Position numbers and translations under genes: made by a program. DNA of 64,000 nt from NCBI GenBank assembly GCA_963820015.1, contig CAWFYO010000016.1:220217-284216 (forward strand). The letters run 5' to 3'. How positions within the stretch are numbered: the first letter of the stretch is position 1; the number at the start of each line of letters is the position of its first letter. The stretch comes from an uncultured Actinomycetota bacterium. Lineage in GTDB: Bacteria; Actinomycetota; Actinomycetes; Propionibacteriales; Nocardioidaceae. The notes under the pieces are model-generated. The model did not search any database, was not told where the DNA came from, and saw only the letters and a list, made by a program, of their open reading frames with translations. This document shows positions 49,861-60,197 of the stretch, piece after piece.

Positions 49861-51249
49861 TCACACGAGGGCGTGTCCGAACCGGAACAGGTTGGCCGGG
49901 TCGAACTCGTGCTTGTCGCGCAGCAGCCGGGCGTGCACATCGGGGTGCCAGGCGCGGGCGACCTGTTCGGGCGTGGTGGCGTCGCCGAGCCAGTTCACCG
50001 GCACGGTGTCCGTGGCCCAGGCAGCCAGGGCGTCGTGGACGCCGGCACCGGACTGCGCAACCAGGTCCTCCAGTCCGGGTGCGAGCACGCCGAGGGTGAG
50101 CAGCGAATAGGCGGCCCCGCGGCCGGAGACGGCGTTCGGAACCCGCGGCTCGCGTCCGAGCGCCCCGCCCATGAGACGCAGCTCGACCATCGCCAGCGGA
50201 CTGCCTGAGGCGGGTCCGGCGACCTGCAGGAGGCGCTCGACCGCGTCCGCAGTCAGCCCCGCGAGCAGCGCTCCTCTCTCCTCGACCGGCATCGGGTCCC
50301 GGGGGTCCTGGTGGATGGTGTCGATCGCGGTCACGGGCAGGTCGCTGACGCCCGACAGCAGCACCTCGCCGGAGGCGAGCATCGGCGCCAGCAGCTCGGC
50401 GCCCTCGGCCTCGCTTCCGTTGACCGAGAACCGGAGGTGCACGACGTACTTCCCGCGGATCGGCTCCGGCAGCTCCTCGAACGGCGGCAGCTGAAGCAGC
50501 GCGATCGAGGCGCCGGCATGGTCGGGCAGGGTCGGCGCCCAGCCGCGGAACGAGTGCAGCACGTCTCTCGCCGACTCGCCGGCGAAGAACACCGCGCCAC
50601 CGTAGATCTGGGCGACCGGCACCAGGTCGAGCTCGACCGAGGTCACGATGCCGAAGTTGCCCTTGCCACCCCTCATGGCCCAGAAGAGCTCCGGGTCGTG
50701 GCGTTCGTCGATGCTGCGGATCCGTCCGTCGGCGGTGACGGCCTCGATCCGGCGTACCAGGTCTGCGCCGAATCCGAACTGACGCGAGAGCGGGCCCATG
50801 CCGCCGCCGAGGCAGAACCCGACCACGCCGACCTGGGTGGAGGAACCGCAGATGCCCGCGAGGCCGTACGGCGCCGCCGCGGCGAGCACGTCGTGCCAGC
50901 GCGTACCGGCTCCCACCACGGCGGTGCCGCGCTCGGGATCGACCTGCACCGAGCTCATCCGCGACGTGGTGATCATGAGCCCGTCGGTCACCGGTTGCAC
51001 CGGACCATGCCCGGTCGCCTGCACGGCCACCGGCAGTCCTTGTGCGGCCGCCCAGCGCACGGCCGCTGCCACGTCCGCGGCGCCGGTTGCGCCGACCACG
51101 ACGGACGGCCGGTGAGTCACGGCGAGGTTGAACGTGGCGACCTCGGCCACGTGGCCGGGATCACCGGCGCGCAGGACGGGACCGGTCACGGCGGCTGCCA
51201 GGTCGGCCACGGCGTCGGTGGTGACGGGCGAGGACTCGATGATGCTCAT
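49861..51249 (-). CDS. FAD-binding oxidoreductase (BBE/VAO family)
   Basis: VAVQATGHG, GGGMGPLSR, GGKGNFGIVT, DPANLFR. Confidence 0.93.
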   Translation of the reverse strand: MSIIESSPVTTDAVADLAAAVTGPVLRAGDPGHVAEVATFNLAVTHRPSVVVGATGAADVAAAVRWAAAQGLPVAVQATGHGPVQPVTDGLMITTSRMSSVQVDPERGTAVVGAGTRWHDVLAAAAPYGLAGICGSSTQVGVVGFCLGGGMGPLSRQFGFGADLVRRIEAVTADGRIRSIDERHDPELFWAMRGGKGNFGIVTSVELDLVPVAQIYGGAVFFAGESARDVLHSFRGWAPTLPDHAGASIALLQLPPFEELPEPIRGKYVVHLRFSVNGSEAEGAELLAPMLASGEVLLSGVSDLPVTAIDTIHQDPRDPMPVEERGALLAGLTADAVERLLQVAGPASGSPLAMVELRLMGGALGREPRVPNAVSGRGAAYSLLTLGVLAPGLEDLVAQSGAGVHDALAAWATDTVPVNWLGDATTPEQVARAWHPDVHARLLRDKHEFDPANLFRFGHALV

Positions 51250-51372
51250 GTGGGGCTCCTGTGGCTCGGGTCTCCGGGGAGATTCGGGTGCGACCACGAT
51301 GGAGCAGCGTCGGGTTCGGGATCCACGACTTCTTCGTTCACGGTCGTGAGGCAACGCCTAACATGCCTGGTC

Positions 51373-52305
51373 ATGGAGCTGCGTCAGCTGCGCTACTTCG
51401 TCGCCGTGGCGGAGGAGCGGCACTTCGGACGGGCTGCTGCGCGCCTGTTGATCGCCACCCCGTCACTCAGCCAGCAGATCAAGGCACTCGAGCGAGACCT
51501 CGGCGTCCGGCTGTTCGACCGCACCTCGTCCGGAGCGACGCTCACCGCCGCCGGGAGCGAGCTCTTACCCGTGGCGCAGGCGACCCTGGGCGCGGCCGCC
51601 GACCTGCGATCGGCGGCCGAGCGAATCGCCCACCACCGCGCCACCGTCCTGCGCCTGGGCTTCCTGGCGTTCTCGCTCACGGCCGAGTCCCGCGACCTGC
51701 TCACCACATTCGGCCGGGAGGCGCCCGAGGTGACCGTCGAGCTCCGTCAGTACGAGTGGGACGATCCCTCGGCCGGGCTTCTCCGCCACGAGGTGGACGC
51801 CGCCCTGGTGCGCCCGCCCTTCCGCGGAGCCGACCGGCTCGAGTACGTGGACCTGGCCCGAGAGCCGGTCTACGCCGTGCTCTCTGCAGACCATCCCCTC
51901 GCGCACGAGGTCGAGGTGACCCTGTCGCGCATCGCGGACGAGCCAATCCTCGAGGCTGCCGCGGTCACGGACCCGGTCTTCGCCGACTACTGGTACCTAC
52001 GGACCCTGAGGCCCTCGGGAGCCCGCACCGTCACCAGCACGTCCGGAACCGTGGAGGAGTGGCTCGCAGAGGTGGCGTTCGGACGCGGGGTGAACCTCGT
52101 GCCGGCCGGGCTCGCCGCACAATACGCACGGCCCGGCCTGGCCTTCGTCCCCGTTGCGGATGCACCACCGTCGCGCCTGGCCCTCGCCTGGCGTTCCGAC
52201 GACGAGCCATCCCCAGCTGTCCGTGATCTCGCGGCGCTCGCCGTGCGCCGGCGTCGCCCCGGACGACCGGAGCGCGCCCGGGGGGGCCTGGGTCCGGGCC
52301 GCTGA
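51373..52305 (+). CDS. LysR family regulator
   Basis: MELRQLRYFVAVAEERHFGRAA; divergent from the oxidoreductase. Confidence 0.95.
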   Translation: MELRQLRYFVAVAEERHFGRAAARLLIATPSLSQQIKALERDLGVRLFDRTSSGATLTAAGSELLPVAQATLGAAADLRSAAERIAHHRATVLRLGFLAFSLTAESRDLLTTFGREAPEVTVELRQYEWDDPSAGLLRHEVDAALVRPPFRGADRLEYVDLAREPVYAVLSADHPLAHEVEVTLSRIADEPILEAAAVTDPVFADYWYLRTLRPSGARTVTSTSGTVEEWLAEVAFGRGVNLVPAGLAAQYARPGLAFVPVADAPPSRLALAWRSDDEPSPAVRDLAALAVRRRRPGRPERARGGLGPGR

Positions 52306-52574
52306 GGCTGGGCGTTGCGGCCAGCGGGCTGCCTCTGACAGTTCCCGTCCAGCGAGGTCGGATCGTTGCACCTCATCCCCCACTGAGCCTGACTGCATCG
52401 CCCGTCTGCCCCGGAAGGCACCTCTTCAGGCGAGTCAACGTGCTGTCCACCTCGCGCGAGAGAAGGAGGCGCCCGCACGAAGCCGCCTGCTGGTCCAGTC
52501 ATAGCGCCGGTTCATCCCGGGGACCGAGCAGGGCGGTCCGGGCACTCTGGTCCGGCGGAAGTGCCGGCCCCCGG

Positions 52575-53243
52575 TCAGTCCGTCGGGGGTTGGAGGAGGG
52601 CAGCCGCGAGTGTCGCGTGCAGCCAGTCGGCGTACTGCGGCTGGTCCCAGCCGAGCTGATCTGTGAGCTGCTTGTGGGTTGCTGGGCTGCAGAGCAGCCA
52701 GGTGGTGGCGGCGGCCTGTTCGATGGTGAGCTCTGGCCGCAGTGGGCCGGCGTCGGCGAGCGACCTCACGAACGCCGTGAGGTTCCGCAAGCGGGTGCGG
52801 TGCATGGAGGCGTACTTGGTGGCCACCTCGGCATCCATCTCGGCCGCTGAGCGCATGACGTCGTCGACCGGTCTGGCCCGGGCTATCCGGTCGGCGATCT
52901 CCGCGGCGAACATGGCCAGCTTGTTGTGCTGGTCCGGCTCGGCCTGGACCCGCTGCGGCCCCTCCTGGTCGAGCACCCGTGGGCTGTCGGGTTGGCCGGT
53001 GACGGCGAAGTTGAGCACCTCGACCAGCAGCCCGCGCTTGTTGGTGAACAGCTTGTAGACCAGGTCCTCGCTCACGCCCGCCTCCTCGGCGATGCGGGCG
53101 ATCGAGGTGGCGGCGTAGCCGTCGTCGAGGAAGCGGCGGTAGGCCGCAGCGAGGATCGCGGACGCGTTGGCGCGGGCACGTTCCTCTCGTAGCGCGGAGC
53201 GGTACGCACGCTTGCCCTTGACAGCCTCTGGCACGGGGTCCAC
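52575..53243 (-). CDS. TetR family regulator
   Basis: GYAATSIARIAEEAGVSEDLVYKLFTNK. Confidence 0.9.
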   Translation of the reverse strand: MDPVPEAVKGKRAYRSALREERARANASAILAAAYRRFLDDGYAATSIARIAEEAGVSEDLVYKLFTNKRGLLVEVLNFAVTGQPDSPRVLDQEGPQRVQAEPDQHNKLAMFAAEIADRIARARPVDDVMRSAAEMDAEVATKYASMHRTRLRNLTAFVRSLADAGPLRPELTIEQAAATTWLLCSPATHKQLTDQLGWDQPQYADWLHATLAAALLQPPTD

Positions 53244-53291
53244 TCTAGGCCAAATTGGATCAGGTATTACTCGAATGAATTGGAGGCAGCC

Positions 53292-53885
53292 ATGAGCTTG
53301 GGATGGAAACTCGCCTACCGCCTCGGCCTCACGCCCTGGGAACGCGCCGCCGAACAGGGCCAGGAGCAGCTCGGCGCTCTGCTGGACAAGATCGAGACCG
53401 ACCGCACCCCACCGTTCGGCCGTGCCCTCGACATCGGGTGCGGGACCGGCACACACACTCACGACCTGGCCCGCCGCGGCTGGGACGCCACTGGCGTCGA
53501 CTTCGTCCCGCTCGCCATCGAGAGGGCCCGCGCGGGCGGCGGTGACGCCACGTTCGTGTGCGGGGACGTGACCGCCCTGGCCTCGCTCGGCCTTGAGTCG
53601 TTCGACTTCTTCCTCGACATCGGCTGCCTCCACGTGTTCGACCGTGCGCGACGCGCGGACGTCGCTCGGCAGGTCACCGGCCTCGCCCGCCCTGGCTCCC
53701 AGATGGTGCTGCTGGCCTTCCAGCCGAACAGCCTCCCCCTGGTCCCCGACGGAATCAGCCAGCGCGACCTCGAGGAGGCCTACCCCGACTGGGACCTGCT
53801 TGCCACCGAACCCGCCGACGCCAGCGGCATGCCGAAACCCATGCGGAAGACCGCACCGCGCTTCTACACCCTGCGTCTTCGGTGA
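53292..53885 (+). CDS. Class I SAM-dependent methyltransferase
   Basis: ALDIGCGTG, GVDFVPLAIERAR. Confidence 0.9.
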   Translation: MSLGWKLAYRLGLTPWERAAEQGQEQLGALLDKIETDRTPPFGRALDIGCGTGTHTHDLARRGWDATGVDFVPLAIERARAGGGDATFVCGDVTALASLGLESFDFFLDIGCLHVFDRARRADVARQVTGLARPGSQMVLLAFQPNSLPLVPDGISQRDLEEAYPDWDLLATEPADASGMPKPMRKTAPRFYTLRLR

Positions 53886-54045
53886 CAGGGCAGCCGGAGC
53901 CGCCGGCCTCGAGACACCTACCGGTCCGGTGACGAAAGTCGGCGGATGCCGGTGACGCCGATGTGCCCGGCGACCACGGCTGACCCGTCCACGACGACCT
54001 CCCTGTCTGCTCGCCGCACGAAGGAACCAGGACTAGGGTGACCTC

Positions 54046-54396
54046 ATGGGCACCGAGTACGGCCTCGGACCGACCGGCGGACTGCCCCCGGGCAAGGTGG
54101 TGGGCGCCGGTCCCTATGCCGTCGGCAACCGCGACGGCGAGTACTTCGCAGTCACCCGTAGATGTCGGCACCTTGCCGCCGACCTGGCCAACGGCAGCAT
54201 CGATGCGGACGGCTGTCTGGTTTGCCCGTGGCACCAGTCGAAGTACGACGTCCACACCGGGCGCATGGTCCGTGGTCCGCAAGGGATGTTCGCCAGAGTG
54301 CCGGGGCTGGAGGCGGCCTTCAAAGCGCTCACCAGGGTCCTGCCTCTCGGCCGAGGCGAGGTCACTGAACGCGCCGACGATCTCTACGTGCACTGA
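54046..54396 (+). CDS. Rieske 2Fe-2S ferredoxin
   Basis: CRH and CPWH ligands. Confidence 0.9.
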   Translation: MGTEYGLGPTGGLPPGKVVGAGPYAVGNRDGEYFAVTRRCRHLAADLANGSIDADGCLVCPWHQSKYDVHTGRMVRGPQGMFARVPGLEAAFKALTRVLPLGRGEVTERADDLYVH

Positions 54397-54591
54397 CCTT
54401 CGGCGCTTCAGCCCCGGTGCGTGGGTACGAAGAGTCGCACCGAGCGGCGCTGCGATGCTTCAGCCCGCGCAGTGTGCGACTTCGCCGCGAACCGGTCCAC
54501 CCTTTGTCTGGATCCCCCAGCGCTCCCGGCTCTGTCTGGTTCGCGACCACGCCGCCACCTCCCCCTGAGGTCCGCGACAAGACGCAGCGGT

Positions 54592-55197
54592 CTAGACGGG
54601 TCTGAGGACTGCGACCAGGAAGTCGGAATCTTCACGCCACGGACGCAAGTCCCACGTGGACAACAGCAGGTCAGCCTCCAACCCCGCTTGGCGGGCGTCG
54701 GTCAGGAACGCAGAGAACTCGTAGTCACGGCCGGCCCCGAAGCCAATGACGACCCGGCCCTCCGGATGAAGATGCCCTCTGAGGCGTCGCAGCACCTCAT
54801 CGCGAGTGCTCGGCGCGAGGAACGTCATCACGTTTCCGGCACACACGATGGCATCGAACTGTTCCGCGATGCCGCGAGCGGGCAGGTCAAGCTCTGCCAA
54901 GTCCTCGACGACCCAGCGAGGGCCGGGATGATCTTCGATCGCGGCCTCGATCAGCACCGGATCGACGTCGACGCCGACCACGTCGTGTCCGAGGCGGGAC
55001 AGTTCAGCGGCGACCCGGCCAGGGCCACAGCCCGCATCCAGGATGCGCGCCCCGCGCCCAACCATCGCGTCAAGCAGACGGGCCTCTCCAGCCAGGTCGC
55101 GACCGGCTGCTGCCATCGAACGGAAGCGCTCGACGTACCAGGACGAGTGGTCTGGGTCCGCCGCCACCTTCCGCATCCACGCGCTCTGTTCCACCAT
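54592..55197 (-). CDS. Class I SAM-dependent methyltransferase
   Basis: ILDAGCGPGR, GVDVDPVLI, CAGNVMTF. Confidence 0.9.
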   Translation of the reverse strand: MVEQSAWMRKVAADPDHSSWYVERFRSMAAAGRDLAGEARLLDAMVGRGARILDAGCGPGRVAAELSRLGHDVVGVDVDPVLIEAAIEDHPGPRWVVEDLAELDLPARGIAEQFDAIVCAGNVMTFLAPSTRDEVLRRLRGHLHPEGRVVIGFGAGRDYEFSAFLTDARQAGLEADLLLSTWDLRPWREDSDFLVAVLRPV

Positions 55198-55284
55198 GTC
55201 TGCATTGTGGTCGTCCGGGACTCCGTCGGTGGCTTGGGACCTCCGTCAGATCTCGCCGAGCACGCCACCGGGTTCGACGCCGGG

Positions 55285-56034
55285 TCAGCGGGTCACTCGG
55301 TCCTCGCGACCCTGCGCCCCGGAGAGCACGCCGAAGTCGAGGAGCACGGCGACCGCAACGCCGTTCGCGTCGAACCCCATCCAGGCCGGGTGCAGATCCT
55401 TGCCGCACAGGAACGCCGCCGCGACCGTCCGTCCGTCGATCTCCATCGAGACGATCGACTCCTCGAGTGCCTGGTTGAAGATCCCCTGCATGTACACGGC
55501 GTCCTCGAAGAGTGGCTGGAGGACCTCCGCGTCGGTGATCTCGTAGAAGGCTCCGAGCGAGGAGTCGGAGTCGAGCTGGAACTGGCCCTCGTCGGCGAGC
55601 GGTTGCCACACAGCCACCTCGGCGACCGCGCCCGCCGCGGCCGCCACCGGCCGAACTTCGCTGGCTCCGGTGTCGGCACGGGTGCGCGCGATCACGACGA
55701 CGGTTGTCGGGTAGTCCTTCGCACCCATGCCGACCGCAGGAGTCGTCGGCGCGGCCTCCGGGTACCAGGGGTCGGCGATGGCGATCGCTCCCCACTTCAT
55801 CGACAACGTGGGCCCGGCTTTCGCCGTCAGTGTCACCGTCTCCCGCTGGTAGCGGTCGTTCTTCGGAAAGACGTAACGCGCGCCGAACTCCACGAGGTCC
55901 CGCGGCTCCACGATGATGCCGCCGGGGACATCAGGCTGATCGAGACTCTCCTTCAGCCGCTCCATCACCACCTTCCGCTCCGCGCGCGGCAGGGAAAGAA
56001 CCAGCTCGATGACGTCGTAGATGTTCCGGCGCAC
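55285..56034 (-). CDS. Hypothetical protein, DUF4241-like C-terminal part
   Basis: IAIADP, FQLDSDSSLG, WMGFDANG..VAVLLDF resemble DUF4241. Confidence 0.55.
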   Translation of the reverse strand: MRRNIYDVIELVLSLPRAERKVVMERLKESLDQPDVPGGIIVEPRDLVEFGARYVFPKNDRYQRETVTLTAKAGPTLSMKWGAIAIADPWYPEAAPTTPAVGMGAKDYPTTVVVIARTRADTGASEVRPVAAAAGAVAEVAVWQPLADEGQFQLDSDSSLGAFYEITDAEVLQPLFEDAVYMQGIFNQALEESIVSMEIDGRTVAAAFLCGKDLHPAWMGFDANGVAVAVLLDFGVLSGAQGREDRVTR

Positions 56035-56147
56035 CCACCGAACGCTAACCGCGAAGGAGGGAACCTGCACAGAGACGCTCCGCCGGGGGCGGATGGCCGA
56101 GGGTTCTACCGACAGGCCACTGTCCGTCGTGATGGCGCCATCTGTTG

Positions 56148-57224
56148 TCAAGACGCCTGGCTGGCGTCGGTGGAGTGAGCGGAGGCGTCGTACCAGCGCA
56201 GCACCCGATGCGCCCTCAAGGTGTTCCACCGGCTCGGCGCGCCGTCAGGTTCCTCGAACCGGAAGTGGACCGCGCCGGGGTGGGTGTTCTCGAGCAACCA
56301 ACGCCGGTCGGGCCGGCGCTTGGCGCGGACGCGTTCGATCGCTTCGGCCAGCCGCGGATCAGGGGTGCCCCCGCGCCTGGCGAAGTACTCCGTGGCCTTG
56401 AGCAGGTCGTAGTGCCATCGCGGGGGATGAGAGAACAACGCCCACTGCGGGTTGACCTCCTCGCTCGTGCGCAACGACCGGAACAGGTTGCGCTGTAGCA
56501 GGTACTCCTCACCGTCGCGGCGAGCCCGGTAGACCTCCTCTGACCCGCCGGTGTGGCGCTCCCAGCTCAGCAGAGCGTCGATCACGTCCAGGGTGCTGGC
56601 GAAAGAGGACGGCGCCGGACGCGTCTCGGCCCAGCAGTTCCAGCCGCCATCCGGCATCTGGTCGGCCAGGAGTCTCTCCACCACCGGTTCGACGTCGACG
56701 TCGAGGTAGGTGCCCATCAGGACTGTGCCGGCGTTGATGCAGCAGTCCTCCTCGCCAGCGAAGAACGGCAGCCCGTCGCACTCCCAGCGGCAGTTGCGGG
56801 CCACCAGGTGTGCGGTCTCCTGCATCACCGGGCTGTCCGGGGGTACGCCCAGGTCGCACAGGTCGAGCAGGACCCGGTACGTCGCGGTCCACGGCTGGCC
56901 CGGATCGGCACCCGACCCGTCGGTCGGCGCCTCGGCCGTTCCCGCGTCCGACGACGGCCAGGGCGGCGGTGGTTCACCGGCAGCCAGAGCTCGTGCGGTG
57001 GCCGCTGCGAACGCAGCGGTACCTGGGAAGCAGGCTCCGTTCGCCCACAGCCCGTCAGGAGCCCGCAGTGCCAGCAGGCGAGCACCCCAGCCCTCGTGCT
57101 CCACACGCGCCCGCTCGGTCGCCACCACGGTCTCCGAGGCATCGAGGAGATCACGCAGCACCTGCCAACGGATCGCCGGATCGCCCTCCAGGAGCCACTG
57201 CACCACCGGGTCATCCATGGCCAT
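56148..57224 (-). CDS. Prenyltransferase/squalene-cyclase-like repeat protein of unknown function
   Basis: WLLEGDPAIRWQV, QMPDGGWNC, PPRWHYDLL, SRWNTLRA. Confidence 0.8.
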   Translation of the reverse strand: MAMDDPVVQWLLEGDPAIRWQVLRDLLDASETVVATERARVEHEGWGARLLALRAPDGLWANGACFPGTAAFAAATARALAAGEPPPPWPSSDAGTAEAPTDGSGADPGQPWTATYRVLLDLCDLGVPPDSPVMQETAHLVARNCRWECDGLPFFAGEEDCCINAGTVLMGTYLDVDVEPVVERLLADQMPDGGWNCWAETRPAPSSFASTLDVIDALLSWERHTGGSEEVYRARRDGEEYLLQRNLFRSLRTSEEVNPQWALFSHPPRWHYDLLKATEYFARRGGTPDPRLAEAIERVRAKRRPDRRWLLENTHPGAVHFRFEEPDGAPSRWNTLRAHRVLRWYDASAHSTDASQAS

Positions 57225-57501
57225 CGGCGGCGTCCGTGGCTGGAAAGGGCCCTGATCCTCCGTCGACTCCATCCCTGAACCGTAATCGGAAGAAGCGCAC
57301 GCAGCTGCCGCCTGGAGGCACGCCTTTCCGCCGGGATCGCGCGAGCCATCTCACTGACAGCCCCTGAGCGCGGACTCAACCCCCGCCGCCGCGTCGGTGG
57401 CCGCATCGCCGCCGCGCAAGACACCTCCACCGAGCTGAATGAGCCCTCCCGGCGCCGTGACCGGTTAGCCTCGAGGTGACACGAAGGCAGGGGGTGTCCC
57501 A

Positions 57502-57894
57502 ATGCCACTCGGGCGGGTCATTGCAGAGACGGTGGCCGACCTTCGCGACCGCGTGGAGGTCTCATGGCACGACGACAGGTGGCACGTCACGGCGAGCTCC
57601 TTCGAATCCGCGCTGCGCTACATCGAGGCGCGCTTCGACGATGCCGCCGTCCTGGCGCGTCACGATCACGGTCGCCGATGGCCGCGGGTGACTCTCGAGG
57701 TATCCACCGATCCGGCGCTGGCGACGAAGGCTCCGCCGCTGATCGAGCTGGCTCACCCGCCGGAGCCAGTCGCAGCGCTCCAGCCTGTTCCGAAGCCTTC
57801 CGTCGAACCCGCAGAGCCCGAGCCGATGGCGGAGTCGGGCCTACCGAGCGCGCTCGAGGCGATCTTCGCCCACCAGAACACGCCCGGGGCCTGA
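57502..57894 (+). CDS. Hypothetical protein
   Basis: RBS-like GGGGG, normal high-GC codon use. Confidence 0.55.
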   Translation: MPLGRVIAETVADLRDRVEVSWHDDRWHVTASSFESALRYIEARFDDAAVLARHDHGRRWPRVTLEVSTDPALATKAPPLIELAHPPEPVAALQPVPKPSVEPAEPEPMAESGLPSALEAIFAHQNTPGA

Positions 57895-58028
57895 AGGGCG
57901 CCTGCCGAGGTCGTCACCGACCCGATCGCCGGACGTGCGGCGATCCCCGGCCCGCCCTTGGCGCATCCTCTCGCCACGCGACCGTGTCCCGCACGGGCGA
58001 GACGCGAGTCTGGTGAGCTCCAGCCCCC

Positions 58029-58583
58029 TCAGGTCTTGACTCTCTGGACTCGGGCGCCGAGGTAGGTGATCGCCAGCCAGAGGACGCCGGTGATGACGGA
58101 GCTCGACGTCGAGCCGGGCCGTGCCAGCTCCCCCGGACCCGGACCGAGGTGTCCGATGCCCGCCAGCAGCAGCGCGCTGCCCGCGAGCGCGGTGGTCCAA
58201 ACGACGAACCAGCGGCGGAAGCGGTTGGCGAGGAACCCGCAGACGATCGCGACCGCGGCGACGAAGAGCAGGCCGAGGAGCACGTCGCCGCGCCCGTTCT
58301 CGGATCGTGACGAGAGCAGGGTGAAGAGTCGCGCCCCGATGAGTACGCCGACTCCCGCGCCGACGATGAAGAAGAGGAACCGGGCGAAGACCAAGGTGAG
58401 CACCAGCACGGCCAGGGCGCACACCACGGCCACGATCGCGGCGACGCCGAGCGAGGCGCCGAAGGCCTCGGCCAGCACCCAGGATCCCGCGAAGCCGGCA
58501 GCCAACACCGTCAGACGCAATGACTTGGCGCCCCAGAAACACAGAATCACGCCGAGCAAGATGAGGACGGCGGTGGACGTCAT
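58029..58583 (-). CDS. TM7S3/TM198-like (DUF4203) membrane protein
   Basis: Six to seven hydrophobic helices, LCFWG start motif. Confidence 0.75.
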   Translation of the reverse strand: MTSTAVLILLGVILCFWGAKSLRLTVLAAGFAGSWVLAEAFGASLGVAAIVAVVCALAVLVLTLVFARFLFFIVGAGVGVLIGARLFTLLSSRSENGRGDVLLGLLFVAAVAIVCGFLANRFRRWFVVWTTALAGSALLLAGIGHLGPGPGELARPGSTSSSVITGVLWLAITYLGARVQRVKT

Positions 58584-58890
58584 GGACTCGGGTCACCTCC
58601 GGACTCGGCCCTCCCAGCGAGCACCGACGCGTGGATCATCGCATGACGAGTCGTGGGTCGCCGGGCACGTGACTCGTCGACGAGCGGTCGAGCAGGCCGC
58701 TGCGAGGGCGAGGGACCCCAGGGCGGCAAGGGAGCGTCAGGCTTCCGACGCTCTGGAACATGCTCATCATGGCGAGGGTCGCGCAACGGGACCAGGCTCA
58801 CCCGAGCGGGGACCTGACCGGCGTGGGCGCCGGGAAGCACGGTGATCCACACCGCGGGCAGCGGTCGGGTGACTGGGTAGCGTGCGAAGC

Positions 58891-59328
58891 ATGCCCATCA
58901 AACTCGAGAACGTCGGCATCGCCGTCCGCGACCTCGAAGCGGCGATCGCCTTCTTCAGCGACCTCGGACTCACCGTCCTCGGCCGGGACACCGTCAGTGG
59001 AGAGTGGACCGATACCGCGGTCGGTCTCGACGGCAACCACGCCCACATCGCCATGCTCCAGACGCCAGATGGCAGTGGTCGCCTCGAGCTCTTCGAGTAC
59101 CTCCATCCCGACGCGATCGAGACGGAGCCCACCCGGCCCAACGAGATCGGCATGCATCGGGTGGCCTTCTCGGTCGACGACATCGACGAGGCCCTGGAGA
59201 TCGCCGCGCGGCACGGCTGCCATCCGCTACGCGGAGTGGCGACGTACGAGGACGTGTACAAGCTGACCTATCTCCGCGGCCCGAGCGGCATCCTCGTCAT
59301 GCTCGCCCAGGAGCTGAAGAACGGCTGA
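58891..59328 (+). CDS. VOC family protein
   Basis: ENVGIAVRDLE, GRLELFEY, GMHRVAFSVDD, YLRGPSGI. Confidence 0.92.
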   Translation: MPIKLENVGIAVRDLEAAIAFFSDLGLTVLGRDTVSGEWTDTAVGLDGNHAHIAMLQTPDGSGRLELFEYLHPDAIETEPTRPNEIGMHRVAFSVDDIDEALEIAARHGCHPLRGVATYEDVYKLTYLRGPSGILVMLAQELKNG

Positions 59329-59471
59329 GGGCGCCTCACGTACCCGCAGGAGAGCGGCGTCGCGCTCGGCCCCGCCGGCGACGCCGCTACGCAGGCGCTG
59401 CCGGTTGTGATCCACGCGCGCGCTGTGGGACCCGAGTCCGTCGACGAGTCCTGGATCAGCCAGGTCGAGGG

Positions 59472-59564
59472 CCCCCAGTTGTCCTCGCTGATGTCCGTCT
59501 TGGTGCCGGGGTAGTACTGCCTGACCCACGCGCGCATCGTGCGGACCCACTGCAGCGGCCTGCC
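59472..59564 (-). pseudogene. Short remnant resembling a GH44 endoglucanase segment
   Basis: GRPLQWVRTMRAWVRQYYPGTKTDISEDNWG resembles GH44 ...YPGTKLAITEYNWG; recognised from memory only. Confidence 0.45.
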
Positions 59565-59715
59565 CCGCGTCCTCGATCACGTTGCTGGTGCTCCCCCGTC
59601 GCTAGCCGACGCCGGGGCACCGGACCCGGCCGGAGGCGCGAAGACAGACGTGCACCTCGGCTCGAAGGGCTGAGACCCTTCCTCCCCCACCCTGAGCGAC
59701 GAGTAGGTTCGGGGT

Positions 59716-60114
59716 GTGAGCGAAGACCAGCTGCAGCCCAGCGACACCCTCGACGACCGCGGGCTGGACGACGTGCTGGACGAGGGGTACTCCCCGCCCG
59801 ACCGAGAGCCGGCCCGGCTCCGTCACCCGCACGAGGTCGACGAGCCGGAGACGCTGGACGAACGCCTCGCCGAGGAGGAGCCCGACGCCCGGGTGGACCC
59901 GGACCAGGACGACGACGCAGACACGTTCGGCACCGATGCCCAGGACGAGGTCGGCGGCGATCGCACCGGTCGACTGGTCGCACAGAACCAGGGGTCGGGA
60001 GAGGACGAGGACGCAGAGCTCTGGGCCACCGACGCCGGCATCGACGGCGCCGGCGCCAGCGCCGAAGAGGCAGCGATGCACGTCATCGACGAGGACGACG
60101 CCTACGACGACTGA
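59716..60114 (+). CDS. DUF5709 domain acidic protein
   Basis: DTLDDRGLDDVLDEGYSPP, ETLDERLAEEEPD, GASAEEAAMHV. Confidence 0.88.
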   Translation: MSEDQLQPSDTLDDRGLDDVLDEGYSPPDREPARLRHPHEVDEPETLDERLAEEEPDARVDPDQDDDADTFGTDAQDEVGGDRTGRLVAQNQGSGEDEDAELWATDAGIDGAGASAEEAAMHVIDEDDAYDD

Positions 60115-60197
60115 GGTCTCGTGCGCTGTCGTTGAACAACGATTCAGTCAGGTGTAGCGTGCGGACTCCCGCGTCGCTCCGCGACCTTGGAGGCGCT

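Noticed and set aside
51349-51360. AGGC-AAC-GCCT palindrome as LysR box
   Set aside because: Only a 4-bp arm and does not fit T-N11-A cleanly; too weak to call.
58580-58890. Possible ORFs between the DUF4203-like and VOC genes
   Set aside because: No frame gave a coherent protein with a start and RBS.
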